IMG/VR virus record: IMGVR_UViG_3300034682_000453
Span: 1 to 58,998 of that record
Source of the DNA: a virus
Lineage: Duplodnaviria; Caudoviricetes
Strand: one strand, 5' to 3'
DNA length: 58,998 nt
Positions within the stretch are counted from its first letter, which is position 1; each line of letters opens with the position of its first letter. The translations under genes and the position numbers were made by a program. The notes beneath the pieces are model-generated. The model saw nothing but the letters and a program-made list of their open reading frames with translations. It was not told the DNA's origin and searched no databases. Positions 10,601 through 18,484 of the stretch are shown in pieces.

Positions 10601-11333
10601 CAACCTGTGCCGCGTACGCTTCTGGCGCCCTGCGCTTGAGCATTGATCGTGTAACGGCTGCTTTCACGCCCCCTTTAACAGCTCCACCGACAACAAGTGT
10701 CCCGCCAACCGTGCCGATCACATCAGACATTTTCATAGCCCATACGGCTGGATCGGTTGTCCAAGCATCGCCTGCATGCAAGCTTCCACCTTTGTCTTCG
10801 GTAAAAAATTGACGATTCATCGCCTCTTTACCCTGGTCTGAAACAGAATCCTTTACCCAATCACCGCCGCCCTTAATCGCTCCACCAACTGCCTGCGCTA
10901 CTGGCTCAATAACCACATCGGCTGCATCTGCTACCGTGTTGATTGATTTATTTGTGTCGCTACTACTTCCATTAACATTCGCACCATCTGCCAACCCAGT
11001 TGCGACAGCAGCTGCCATCTTTGCTTGTGCTGCGTCTTCTGGGGAAAGAAAAGTATCAGCAGCCTTGCCAGCCAGCCAATTAACGCCCTCACTTAGCATT
11101 GAACCTTTTTGCACTGTTTCGCCAGCGCGAGCCACATCACCAAGACTTAGCTCTTTAATTCCGGTACCAACAGAGGATACGGCAGACCCCATTAACTGCT
11201 TTGGCGCATCTAATGGCTTTATCTCAAGGTTGTTCGGCTTGCCAGCTCTCGAAGCTAAATCATTCCGCAGTTTTATATTTCTATCCCATGATTCAGATAC
11301 GTGGTCTAATTCTTGGTTTTGCTGATCAGCCAT
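1665..11333 (-). CDS. Giant (3222 aa) polyvalent virion/DNA-ejection protein with ParB-like, LPD5/LPD1-like zincin, MuF-C-like and LPD38-like regions
   Basis: N-terminal Gly/Ala-rich helices; LKPTQ...VSSDGYVIDGHHQW (ParB/Srx-like); DFGEKIGGARKD; FGFRGVEFGNWV...GHEWWHALD; HEILVHHGL; C-terminal LRIPKPFEIG...LPER; last gene of the ejection cluster as in 933W-like phages. Confidence 0.8.
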   Translation of the reverse strand: MADQQNQELDHVSESWDRNIKLRNDLASRAGKPNNLEIKPLDAPKQLMGSAVSSVGTGIKELSLGDVARAGETVQKGSMLSEGVNWLAGKAADTFLSPEDAAQAKMAAAVATGLADGANVNGSSSDTNKSINTVADAADVVIEPVAQAVGGAIKGGGDWVKDSVSDQGKEAMNRQFFTEDKGGSLHAGDAWTTDPAVWAMKMSDVIGTVGGTLVVGGAVKGGVKAAVTRSMLKRRAPEAYAAQVAELTAQRIGEKAAFSTGAAMSVGQTADQTRESVKSLSFEELMNSDSFKQNVQLVNQDPQYQSLSSSDRLDLARQRTADMAADYAKSDPTTYAAAAAGTVLGDAMLFKMITGKAGASAVTGNLLSRAGKGFAKGGLGEGVGEAAEEGAQQNIQNRSDNAIAGTNIDPMQGVKQSAAEAGFLGVMSGGGIGAGSSVVHGSNNPTQTSDGAEQTGDFSPDLQSAAESSPEDAANNSQPTDDSLSIPAYQRQGDISPELQAATQQAQNNQQQFKQNMAAEENGVLAPIEKSVTGNPDDPAFLRTQQNNPTGRDTSALQDANPYTEAQSALAAGGAPTAEDLIQQSIQQGNQGKTPQESGVTGDLLLASEPAGVPATTEQSGTTIDGQSNEIIPESRGLDYKNQINMPGQPGNGVNDNYVPPVTKARATADKSLDAESTRDPRSLVAQSIERAGSESASIFDQLKTIRVTKRGKPFGSEKEAQLASRKTETPIALPTGGFGVVDKTELEQVQASQNQQLIATPQADVNDTNVADINQAADLVDVNELTSNQDVAQNQQDINVNEQPVSQTTVKQNEAASDNAIVDASRDDNEQAYGGLQKAVNDGLLTSKQADAVIQRSIEVAKAHKDRSVAGDYINEAVSRMRGERSGSDRTASTIELYERGNRVNINNAGKYNPDDAISQLGKPVIAAQPIADQTEAKLSHEADATQKPATEAKPELPWTGYKEKPDGTMLLEGDRAQLSEWAKANNVLTIKSKSGVIVGKKSTPIVKDIIAKNSIDSQSPEATTQNASPQVVAQNQPDINVNESSNGQAIARDEHVYRGSNIDDEWVSFSDKSGSLKIPRSEMPQIKTADRGAMVNFLNARGVSHQEETIPSTELKPTQAEFSSNKVESAKQADSDRAVLVSSDGYVIDGHHQWIAKRDSSSDVRAIRLNAPAKELIPLLHEFPSSKVDTSTALMPNNEQDQLVGQDSVAVVSNGDRGVENSAPVALQEEALVVATKQELPWTGFKDKLDGTMILEGDPIALKAWAKDNDITAIKSKTGVVVGKGSVPAVKDFISKQQETGNVTSNGQLSTVPGTSDVTASNNTGGGATVGELVTGEQSGNANSAITDTNNAEASVVEPGRIGSDNALTNQLATTRKATSTEKGKISDFGEKIGGARKDVWQSIKDGMNGNTSEEVEALPLSKAWPEPNYRNLLDNGMDGWAVSFIRSARESIPAKPKTPSKLSSWAKQVTVLRDLSVQIAEGNISPLSLKDKISSVGIRGRYMDGLLGKADLYHAVGHKNSLGDLTVEQGQYSIFYGEKFNPPKTIWSVQRTAKSKSFGSWPMMIASAETKEQAIDQFKKMYEVKPDIGKVQPKETTFEIFSKSDGAGFYVGKKIGRNPALLSGPFKTIKEARAYKDENQNELTDKLEQFKKIPNERKDSNNPRVGEDMRGGEDVTTDMFAGTFGFRGVEFGNWVEQDRRQSDLNRAYDALMDLAAIIGVPPKALSLNGQLGIAFGARGAGGIGAAAAHYEPGNVVINLTKKSGAGSLGHEWWHALDNYFSRMRNQDGMLTTARDVSLSARGSDYFYSGAVRKEMVDSFGAVVGAIENTAIKARSSKLDAKRSKDYWTTKEEMSARAFESYLISKLQDQNASNDYLANIVSNETWSAAESLGFELDSSYPYPTAGEIPAIRGAFDRFFSVIDYKTEGNGNVALFSKSSFEKNKDEESGNGMTKPEAAMVAKQWLRQFKTDINVEVVRDQTEFESALADRGFANSIQSGEMDNAAYLPDSKTILINASAIQNSSRLRQIMRHEILVHHGLRYVVGEDAYVKIMNAIAKGYETSPAIRSAVDTVTKNYADKDMFTQMEEAFAHYAENRPADSGPAGRMWQRIVGMVKSALQKVNFISQNESEQHLDEVLHAIAKNMRNGIENGVLAPKTENAMFSHGSETDPFKPNKEDVDNYRTQLEKGMRSQRSGEIMIDIGSTPEVLKAVGAPDLILRISRDTIRKAVNGVKHDVPMNVIEKLPELLHDPISVFDSKTHPGDSLVVLLDAADKSGRSVVSAIQLKVVAGKYLDINRIASIHGRPEAQINQWLSDGLTRYIKENHLNSLRTGLQLPLGSSMGGHNFSVLTDADIRKRNDAMLSRSSPADDALMNKLGLGPKQDVIDKTKERINKLKQADRTKVKSWIDETIKKANTQILDALAPIKYAEDASGKVDASDSGYVAARLASGSATVMNATMLHGLPVWKDGVIQRKNGTGEADSLLGIFESLGSDLHNWLGWMAGHRGEILLAEGRENLLTQEDIAALKAKGNGKEIKFESARKKWNALNKAVLDLAEEAGLFTAEERSAWDSEWYVPFFRETEDGDVTGPYKHKGIANQTAGIKKLKGGTANVNDILQNIFTTTSKTIDAAMKNMAAQKVVHNLAETDLIEVLTKPNLMDIKAAVKNQNDMMIVKLEGEDYLIRVNDKDLFNAMTMIDQKVERGAVRRLAMKAKHILTAGVTASPDFMLRNFLRDAASTWAINEDGFKPMIDSIRGMKKAWKMDDSSIDMMFSGASFMGGNLRGNDPEAMASAVRKALRRKGMSPEQVDRYEKTIVRNGKQAMDAIGKYWEKYERVGEAVENGSREAVYEAAIKAGKTHAQAAFEAKDLMDFSMMGASKLMQVFVDVLPFFNARMQGLGKLGRAIKANPKQIAKRGGMIAGASLALLALNWDDERYEDLPDWDKDLNWHFWLGDQHLRIPKPFEIGLMFGTLPERMARTMGGKDTAGKFGKVVARNMLETFAINPIPQVVKPLTEAYFNYDPFRGGPIESMSDMNVNPEARYDERTSLMMRELGELTGMSPKKLEHIVSGYTGTMGGYVMAMGDSLVRMMGDYGASPALRADQIPILKSVYQGSAPAKSTQAMQDFYRMVDEANQVYDTILQYRKEGRIDEASALLEENKTKLAGRKTLNKAQLQFRALRNEMSLIQRDKLLNSEQKRDRLDRLLKRRNDFAAQLIQRFE

Positions 11334-11349
11334 GGCAGTCTCTCGGAAT

Positions 11350-11389
11350 TAAAAAAAGAAAACCCCCGCAGAGTGAACTACGGGGGTTA
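11350..11389 (-). terminator. Intrinsic terminator upstream of the giant gene
   Basis: AACCCCCG(T)AG...CTGCGGGGGTT stem with a long U tract on the minus strand. Confidence 0.7.
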
Positions 11390-11400
11390 TAGGTATTCAG

Positions 11401-11474
11401 AAATGAAAAAGGCCGAACTGTTTAAAATTCGGCCATGATGGGGAAATGCTAACGCTTGCGGTTGGTTAATGCAA
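11401..11474 (-). promoter_or_regulatory. Late promoter-pause-terminator unit 4
   Basis: TTGCAT-17 bp ending AGCGT-TAGCAT, 5 nt, CATCAT, then GGCCGAA...TTCGGCC hairpin and U tract. Confidence 0.7.
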
Positions 11475-11476
11475 CT

Positions 11477-12895
11477 TTACTTAGGCTTGTGATTTAAGGC
11501 TGCCTGTTCAAGGGATTGGTTCTTTAATTCATTCTGGTATTTCTGATACTGTTGATCAATTAAAACTGTATCAACATTGTTTAGCGTAATGCGTCCAGAT
11601 GATACCAGCGCATTGATGTATTGTTGTTTGCTTTTATCACTTCCTGCCCACTCAGTTAATAATTTTACTGGCGTATCACTGAATGGTTGTCCTTTATCTC
11701 CAGATGAAGAAGTTACATCACTTAATCCATAAAGATTTTTATATTCTGCCTTTCTTGCCTCTCCGGCCACCCGTTCATCCGCTACTTGTTGCTTTACCTC
11801 TTCCTTGTTTGCCATTGGATCGCTTGCTGAGTTTCGCAGTATTTGGCTGATATTTTTCTGAGTGTCTGAGTCAATATCAGCAACGGCTCGTGCATAACCT
11901 TTTCGATCTGGTCCTTGAATCACACCAATATCCTGCAGCAAGGTATCTGGGTTTTTAACTGCATTAGCCATATTCGCCCGAGCACTAATAACCCCAACAA
12001 TATCAGCAGGCGAAAATGTTCTAACTAAGTCGTTTTTATCGCTACTGCGATTAACTGTTACCGGCTTAGCATCCCCCATTGAACCATCTTCATAAACTGG
12101 GGTGACTTCTAACGCTAATGAGCCATCTTTCATTGGGACTATCCCGGCAAATTTTTTATCTACCACTTTCTTACCGGAATCATCTACATAGCCAATCCCT
12201 TTTTTCACCTCATCACGGAATACAACGTCCATCTGCTGTTTCATCTGCGGTGAATTAAGTTGACTATAAAACTCCTGACTATGAAACTGATCTGGCTTGA
12301 AGTTGGTCATGATGTTTTGCACGCCAGACTTCAGTCCGGTTACAGCGGTGACATAGTTTTTGTCAGTGTATTTATTGATGTTCATAGCCCCAGCACGTGG
12401 GTCGTTCAATGCTGCTGCTTGTTGTTCGGTTAGTGGTTTCCCAGCTGAAATGTTTTTCCATCCACCTAGCAATAATCCGGAATTTTCCTCGGCCCACAGC
12501 TGTTTTTGTTTTTCTTGAAGGGCAAAATCGGTTAACTGTTTTTGCTGTGCTGCTTGTTGCTTATCAATATCCAACCTTGCTTTTGCTATTCCGGTTTGCG
12601 CGTTTTGATTGGAGATGCTGGCCATGGTTTGCTTTTCATTTAGAGCATCGATATTTTTTTGTCGCGATCTGTTATATCCAAGCTCTTCAGTATATCGACC
12701 ATCCTGTACTTTCTCGCGATCTACCATGTGATCCCATGATTTATCTCGATAGTCTTTACTATCTTTTGCTTCCTGCTCTTGCAGATTCATTGCGCGGTCA
12801 GCTCTTTCATTGGCTTTTTGTTGGCTTTGATAATCAGCCATAGTGCGGAAGCCATTCAGAAACCCATCAGCAAAGCCTTGTGTTGATAAACGCAT
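11477..12895 (-). CDS. Internal virion/ejection protein (472 aa)
   Basis: N-terminal GFADGFLNGF helix and Gln-rich coiled coil; position in the ejection cluster. Confidence 0.65.
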   Translation of the reverse strand: MRLSTQGFADGFLNGFRTMADYQSQQKANERADRAMNLQEQEAKDSKDYRDKSWDHMVDREKVQDGRYTEELGYNRSRQKNIDALNEKQTMASISNQNAQTGIAKARLDIDKQQAAQQKQLTDFALQEKQKQLWAEENSGLLLGGWKNISAGKPLTEQQAAALNDPRAGAMNINKYTDKNYVTAVTGLKSGVQNIMTNFKPDQFHSQEFYSQLNSPQMKQQMDVVFRDEVKKGIGYVDDSGKKVVDKKFAGIVPMKDGSLALEVTPVYEDGSMGDAKPVTVNRSSDKNDLVRTFSPADIVGVISARANMANAVKNPDTLLQDIGVIQGPDRKGYARAVADIDSDTQKNISQILRNSASDPMANKEEVKQQVADERVAGEARKAEYKNLYGLSDVTSSSGDKGQPFSDTPVKLLTEWAGSDKSKQQYINALVSSGRITLNNVDTVLIDQQYQKYQNELKNQSLEQAALNHKPK

Positions 12896-12904
12896 GTTAA
12901 TTCC

Positions 12905-13147
12905 TTAGAAAAGTGACGCAACAAGACCAATACCGGCACCGACGGCAGCACCTGGCATCCCGCCAACCATAAAGCCAACGGATGCCCCTGTACCAACAGC
13001 CCCCATTGTGGTGGCTTTCTTTGCGGCTTTAAGTTGTGCGTTGTCACCTTCTCGCTGTGCTTCTTGATTCGACACGTCAGCCATACCCTGTAAAGCCTGT
13101 TGACGAGTTGATTGTGCGGCATCCAATAAGCTGTATCCCATTGCCAT
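12905..13147 (-). CDS. Small virion protein with glycine-zipper membrane helix (80 aa)
   Basis: GAVGTGASVGFMVGGMPGAAVGAGIGLVASLF; synteny. Confidence 0.7.
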   Translation of the reverse strand: MAMGYSLLDAAQSTRQQALQGMADVSNQEAQREGDNAQLKAAKKATTMGAVGTGASVGFMVGGMPGAAVGAGIGLVASLF

Positions 13148-13151
13148 CCCC

Positions 13152-13535
13152 TTATGATGTGGTGTCTTCGGTTAGACCGGTGGTATAGCTGCGCGCTGTG
13201 CTGCCAGCCAGAATGCTGAGGTTTCGTTCTTCTGCGGCGCTGCGTGTTCCATTCTTCGCGGAAGCCACAGCCAGTGATGTATTTAGGCTGCTGCTGTTGT
13301 CATTACCGTTGATTGATGTTGCAACGCCCATTCGTGACATCTGATTGCTTTGTGCCTGCTCTGCGCTGGAAACGGCATTAGCCGCGTTTGTTGAAGTTCG
13401 ATTGAGCTGTGCATTCATCAATGAATTGTCAGTCGCTAAACTCATTAGTTTCTGTTGCTCTGGGTAATATCGTGTTTTCCAATCGGTGTATTGTTGTCGC
13501 ACGATGTTGGCGTATTTATCTGATGCGTACCCCAT
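13152..13535 (-). CDS. Putative internal virion protein (127 aa)
   Basis: Good RBS; Ala/Ser/Asn-rich; synteny within the ejection cluster. Confidence 0.65.
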   Translation of the reverse strand: MGYASDKYANIVRQQYTDWKTRYYPEQQKLMSLATDNSLMNAQLNRTSTNAANAVSSAEQAQSNQMSRMGVATSINGNDNSSSLNTSLAVASAKNGTRSAAEERNLSILAGSTARSYTTGLTEDTTS

Positions 13536-13544
13536 GGATCCTCC

Positions 13545-14102
13545 TTACTTGTTCATCTTGTATGCTGCGTATCCGCCAGCAGCAGTACCTACGGCGTTAA
13601 CCATGCCTGCATGTTCGTTGTAAGACGCCTCTGCATCAGCACTGGCTTTTGCCGCGCTCGATTTAGCCAAAGAGGAGTATCCAGATAGCGCATCCGCTTT
13701 TTGCCCGGCCCCAAGCGATACGACATCAGAAAGGCCCGCGGCGTATTTGCTGGCTTGGTCGTTCTGCGCTTTATTGGTGGTGTCAATCTGAGAGGAGACT
13801 TGCGACTTGGTGATGTCACTCATCGCGGCCTGATATTTGCCGCTGGTTGGATCAACACCTGATGCGGCCAAATTATCTGCTGTCTTATCTCTTGCCTGAC
13901 CAAATGCGCTTGATGTTTGTGTTGCGGCATCACCGGCTACCTTGGTGTAATTCGATTCATCGTTCAGGCTATCAACTTTGTCCATGAACAAGTCTTCATA
14001 CTGTTTCAAATCACTTTGGTATGTCCTCCATTGTTCATCCGCAATATCTGCCTGCGCTTTCTGCAGGCTTGTTTCTTCCACTGAGCTGTCTCCGCCACCC
14101 AT
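13545..14102 (-). CDS. Putative pilot/ejection protein (185 aa)
   Basis: MGGG start, Ala-rich helices, C-terminal GTAAGG motif; synteny. Confidence 0.65.
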   Translation of the reverse strand: MGGGDSSVEETSLQKAQADIADEQWRTYQSDLKQYEDLFMDKVDSLNDESNYTKVAGDAATQTSSAFGQARDKTADNLAASGVDPTSGKYQAAMSDITKSQVSSQIDTTNKAQNDQASKYAAGLSDVVSLGAGQKADALSGYSSLAKSSAAKASADAEASYNEHAGMVNAVGTAAGGYAAYKMNK

Positions 14103-14108
14103 AAAACC

Positions 14109-14471
14109 TCACAATGTCATTTCAAAAACCATTCGACCCATTGAGTCGTTATCTTTTCTCTGCCAGCCGTACTTACCAGCAATACGCGAAAACCCTTTTC
14201 TAACTGTGTGAAAACGAATAAACCTTGCACCTATTTTTCTGCTTAAAAACTTCACAAATTCGGTGTACTCATTAAGGCCATCTGCCCGCTCAGACCACGC
14301 GGCCCAAACCAAAACACCTGGTATTCCATCGTCTGTAATTGGCTTTAACACCCAACCAGCCCGATCCCGCACAAACAAAAAAGCCTGCTTTTTAAGGCAG
14401 GCTTCGTAGATTTGTTGCGGCAAGTTTGGTTCGCCGCATTGCACGGAGGCTTTGTGTAATATTAATATCAA
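14109..14471 (-). CDS. Putative virion assembly protein, possibly degenerate GNAT fold (120 aa)
   Basis: VLVWAAWS...RKIGARFIRFHTVRKGF pattern; sits between the tail and ejection genes. Confidence 0.55.
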   Translation of the reverse strand: MILILHKASVQCGEPNLPQQIYEACLKKQAFLFVRDRAGWVLKPITDDGIPGVLVWAAWSERADGLNEYTEFVKFLSRKIGARFIRFHTVRKGFSRIAGKYGWQRKDNDSMGRMVFEMTL

Positions 14472-17400
14472 GAAAAAGTGCCTGTTGATGCTGGATTAAC
14501 AGTAATAAGCCCACGAGCCCTATCTTGCTCTGCGAGTAGAGTAATGGTTGCAGATGATCCTGATGGAAGATAGAACACGTAAGAAACAATAGCTGTGGCC
14601 GGAGTGTTGTTGTAGGTAAAATCGCTATCAACCTCGCCGCCGTTGACATACAACCTAATCCACTGCTTTCCGTTTGATGAATATCGTGCATAAGCGATTA
14701 TGCTTACTTGCTTATTCCCAGATAGTGCGTGCACAGTTACTGTTTGACCTTTGGCTATAACTGCCGCCGAAGATACATCTCCGACAAGCTTGTTCGCGTA
14801 AACCTTACCTAGTACATTGCAGTTTTCAGCGATGGTGACGTTATTAAATGTTCCAGAGCTGGCATTAACTTCGCCATTAAACCGCCCGCTGTCTGCATAA
14901 AGCCGGTTCGTATAGAGAGAACCATCCTGATAGATGATCGTATTCCAGCCAAAACCCCAGCCGCCATATGGCCCGCCTTTGCCAAACCCAGCTGCACCAC
15001 TATCCATGTAAATATTGCCGAGCGACAGGGAGCCGCCATTAATGACGGGCGAAGAAATACTGACGCCAGCTTTAACATAATCAGCCGTTAGCTTCATGGC
15101 CGTCACGGTTTCGATTGTTGCAGTTTCAATGGCGGCTTTCTGGATAACAACCCGCCCATCCGACACCGCAAACAATGACTGCGTAGGCGCGGCGCTGTTG
15201 GGGTCAAATACAAAAAACTGACTCGCAGACACCATAACCTGCGATTTTCCGCTGCTATCAACCATAAGGCCGATACCCGCTTGAACATCCGCGATCTGGC
15301 CTTTAACCGTCCACATTGCCTGCGCACCAGCTTGCAGCGATGAGATAGCTTGGCTTTGTGTTTGAACTGATGCAGTTAAGTTGTTAGCGGTTGCCTGAAC
15401 AGTGTCCACTCGCTGGCTTAAAGCGTTATCTGCGGCGGCTCTGTTGGTTACCTCCTCCTGAGCTAAGGCATATGCGCTATCCGCCTTGGCTTGTGATACA
15501 TCAATTCTCTGGCTTAATGAGCTATCCGCATCAATGCGGGCGGTTTGCTCTGACAACAAAAGAGCGCTGACTGGTCGAGTAGCGTTTGCATTTGTCCACT
15601 GAACCCCGGTGATCATCCACCAGTGGCTACCTCCCGCGTAATCCAGCTGTACCCACAAGCTAATACTGGCGGCACCCGCTGGCACCGCAATCGACCCGGA
15701 TATTGTGCGCCATTCTGCCGAGGCATCAGCACGGGAACCCGCAAGTAGCCAAGAAATAACCTCTCCACCGGCATTTTTAACGGAAGCGCCAATGCCGATA
15801 CGAGGAGCCCCGAGGTCTCCAGTGGCACACGCCAAGCTAAAGTGGTAAACATCCCCGGCTGTAACCGGGATGCTTTTCCCAATGGTGTCTCTGGCTGAAA
15901 TTTCAAGGCAGTTTGCCGCTGGGCTGCCAGGTGGCATGTATGGGTATCCGGCGTATCGAACAACGCCTTGTCCGTAGAATCCGTGATTGTCATTGGTGAA
16001 TGCCGGATTAATGAAAAGGTTTCCGGTATCCCCTCCAATTACAGCCTCTATCCGATCTGTTCTGCCAGCGATAGCACTATCTGCTGCGACTCTGGCCGCT
16101 TGCTCAGATTGAATGGCCGCTGAAACTCCATTAACAGCAGCATGTATTGTATCAATTCTGGATGACAATGCGGCATCACCTGCCGCCCGATTCGTAATTT
16201 CAGTTTGAGAAATGGCGTATGCTGAATCAGCAACAGCCTGAGCTGTTGATACTCTGGTGCTTAATGCGGAATCCTCATTTGCTCGAACGACAGCTTCATC
16301 CTGAATGGCGGCAGAGTTGCCGCCATTTAAGGCTGCCACAGTATCAATGCGACTTGATAGTGATGCGTCAGCCTCGGCCCTTACCGTCTGCTCAGATTGC
16401 AGGGAGGCAGCCACGCCATTAACTGACGCCTGCGTTGTGTCAATTTTTATTGATAGCGCACTGTCAGCACTCGCTCTGTTCGTGATTTCAGTCTGCGTCA
16501 ATGAATAAGCAGAATCGGCTTTTGCTTGTGCCGTTGAAACCAGCATTGTTATAGCTGAATCAGCATTAGCCCTTGCGGTTGATTCGTTTTGTATTGCGGC
16601 CGAATTTGCGCCAGTCGCAGCAACCACCTGATCAACGCGTGAACTTAGCGCCAAATCGCCGTTTACTCTGGCTACCTCTTCGCTGGATGCCTTTGCGCTT
16701 AATGCCGCATCTGCTGTTTTATATGATGATTCCAGTGTTGATATGGTCTGTGATAACGCTTCATCCGCTGTGACCCTTGCTGTTTGCTCGTTTACGCCTT
16801 GCGCTGTCAGGCTTGCAGAGGTTGTTTCAAAATTAGCCCGTAACTCCTCAACAGTTTGCGCCAATGCCTTGTGGTTATTGGCAACGACAGTCATGTCTTT
16901 TCTGATTGATGCTTCCGATACGCGACTCACCCGGCCTGACTCATCATCAGAGAGTGCCGCATTTGCGGCGGCCAGTGCCGCTAAATCAGCCTTTGTCTTT
17001 AATTGCTCATAGCTGCTTGCTATCGTTTCAGCATTAGTGCTGGATGATTGCTGTAGTTGTGTGACAGAGCTGTTTAATCCGGATACCGATGTATCAATAT
17101 TGCTCAGTCGCTGGCTTGTTGCTGTATTTGCCGTTGAAACGGTTTGTGATAGCTGGGTGATCGAGGCGGAATTTGCCGCAGCAACAGATGCATTCGCGGC
17201 ATCAGCGGCTTTATATGCGCTATCGATCTGAGTAATTTGAGTGGCTTTTGACTGCAAATCAGTATTGACGGCGATTAGCCCGGATTCTGCCGTAGACACC
17301 CGACTCCCGAGCTGATCAACGGATTGTTGTGTCGCCTTCTGGGTAATGGAACCTTCCGCGGCACTCATGCGGCCGGTTAATTGGGTTACATCCTCTGTGG

Positions 17401-18484
17401 TTTCAGTGAATTCAGCGCGGGTGACTTGGTTTGTCAACTCTGCATTAATTGAATTCATCTGCGTTTCAACGGTGGAAATGCGCTGCGCTTGTAGCGATAC
17501 ATCGACTGATGATGCCTTTTGTGTCAGCGTGCCCTCTACTGATGAAACTCGTTGAGTAACCTGATCTATATTGGCCTGCAGCTCAGATCGGACAACATTA
17601 ATAGCATCAATCGTTATCTCGCCGGTTGCCGGGTCAACGGAAAGTATCGCATTGCGCAAGCTTTGAACGTCAGCGCCATACCGCAATACCTTTTGGCTCA
17701 GCTCATCGTGCAGCAGTGAAACGTCGATAGTTGTTGAGCCAAGCAAGTCTTGTGCTGCTTTTAATATCGCCTCGGCTTGTGATTGGCGTTCGGTCAGCGA
17801 TGAAAGGTCAACTGTGATCTGCTGTATTTCAGCCGCTCTTTCTTGAATGGATACATCAAGAAGCGGGATTTGCCGAATGGATGTATTGAGAGCCGGGATC
17901 AACTCGATATTAGTTAATAACGATTGAGCCAAATGGCTTTCTTCAATCTGACCCTGCAACGCATCCAATATGTTTTGAATGTTTTCCGCTGTTTCAGCAT
18001 AGGTACCAGACTCCGAATTGTACGGCCCAGCGACCGGCGGATTACTTCGATTTACAAACCGAACCCAGTAATACACTTTGGCCGATCCGCCGATGGGATC
18101 TGAGTACATATTGGCAGATGAAGTGCCGATTTTTACAGCCACCGACAGGTTATCCGTCCCCGCCCTGAACACCTCGGCGTAAGCATGCCCGCGATAATTC
18201 GGATCATCCCACTCGATCAGAATGGTATTGAATGCCCCATTAGCAATAACATTGAGCGGTTTTACCGGGAACTGAATATCTGTGGGAGAAGAAATGAGAT
18301 CGGCGTTTATCCCGGCTTTATAGTTTGATCCTATCCGGGAAAGCGTGGCGAGACCGAGGGATTGCAGGTCACGATATGTCACTGCTTTATCAAGTTGATT
18401 TCCGCGCTGCCCGGTTAGTAGCTCTACGTTTTCAGCCACACTTGGTAGATCTCTACCAGAGGCAAACGCTGCTTTATCCGCCAC
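14468..18484 (-). CDS. Tail tip / host-specificity protein (1338 aa), long coiled coil with DUF1983-like C-terminal region
   Basis: N-terminal Fn3-like segment, repeated EQTARxxADSAL heptads, AMWTVKGQ...AGIGL...SASQFFVFDP...IQKAAI motif. Confidence 0.75.
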   Translation of the reverse strand: MADKAAFASGRDLPSVAENVELLTGQRGNQLDKAVTYRDLQSLGLATLSRIGSNYKAGINADLISSPTDIQFPVKPLNVIANGAFNTILIEWDDPNYRGHAYAEVFRAGTDNLSVAVKIGTSSANMYSDPIGGSAKVYYWVRFVNRSNPPVAGPYNSESGTYAETAENIQNILDALQGQIEESHLAQSLLTNIELIPALNTSIRQIPLLDVSIQERAAEIQQITVDLSSLTERQSQAEAILKAAQDLLGSTTIDVSLLHDELSQKVLRYGADVQSLRNAILSVDPATGEITIDAINVVRSELQANIDQVTQRVSSVEGTLTQKASSVDVSLQAQRISTVETQMNSINAELTNQVTRAEFTETTEDVTQLTGRMSAAEGSITQKATQQSVDQLGSRVSTAESGLIAVNTDLQSKATQITQIDSAYKAADAANASVAAANSASITQLSQTVSTANTATSQRLSNIDTSVSGLNSSVTQLQQSSSTNAETIASSYEQLKTKADLAALAAANAALSDDESGRVSRVSEASIRKDMTVVANNHKALAQTVEELRANFETTSASLTAQGVNEQTARVTADEALSQTISTLESSYKTADAALSAKASSEEVARVNGDLALSSRVDQVVAATGANSAAIQNESTARANADSAITMLVSTAQAKADSAYSLTQTEITNRASADSALSIKIDTTQASVNGVAASLQSEQTVRAEADASLSSRIDTVAALNGGNSAAIQDEAVVRANEDSALSTRVSTAQAVADSAYAISQTEITNRAAGDAALSSRIDTIHAAVNGVSAAIQSEQAARVAADSAIAGRTDRIEAVIGGDTGNLFINPAFTNDNHGFYGQGVVRYAGYPYMPPGSPAANCLEISARDTIGKSIPVTAGDVYHFSLACATGDLGAPRIGIGASVKNAGGEVISWLLAGSRADASAEWRTISGSIAVPAGAASISLWVQLDYAGGSHWWMITGVQWTNANATRPVSALLLSEQTARIDADSSLSQRIDVSQAKADSAYALAQEEVTNRAAADNALSQRVDTVQATANNLTASVQTQSQAISSLQAGAQAMWTVKGQIADVQAGIGLMVDSSGKSQVMVSASQFFVFDPNSAAPTQSLFAVSDGRVVIQKAAIETATIETVTAMKLTADYVKAGVSISSPVINGGSLSLGNIYMDSGAAGFGKGGPYGGWGFGWNTIIYQDGSLYTNRLYADSGRFNGEVNASSGTFNNVTIAENCNVLGKVYANKLVGDVSSAAVIAKGQTVTVHALSGNKQVSIIAYARYSSNGKQWIRLYVNGGEVDSDFTYNNTPATAIVSYVFYLPSGSSATITLLAEQDRARGLITVNPASTGTFS

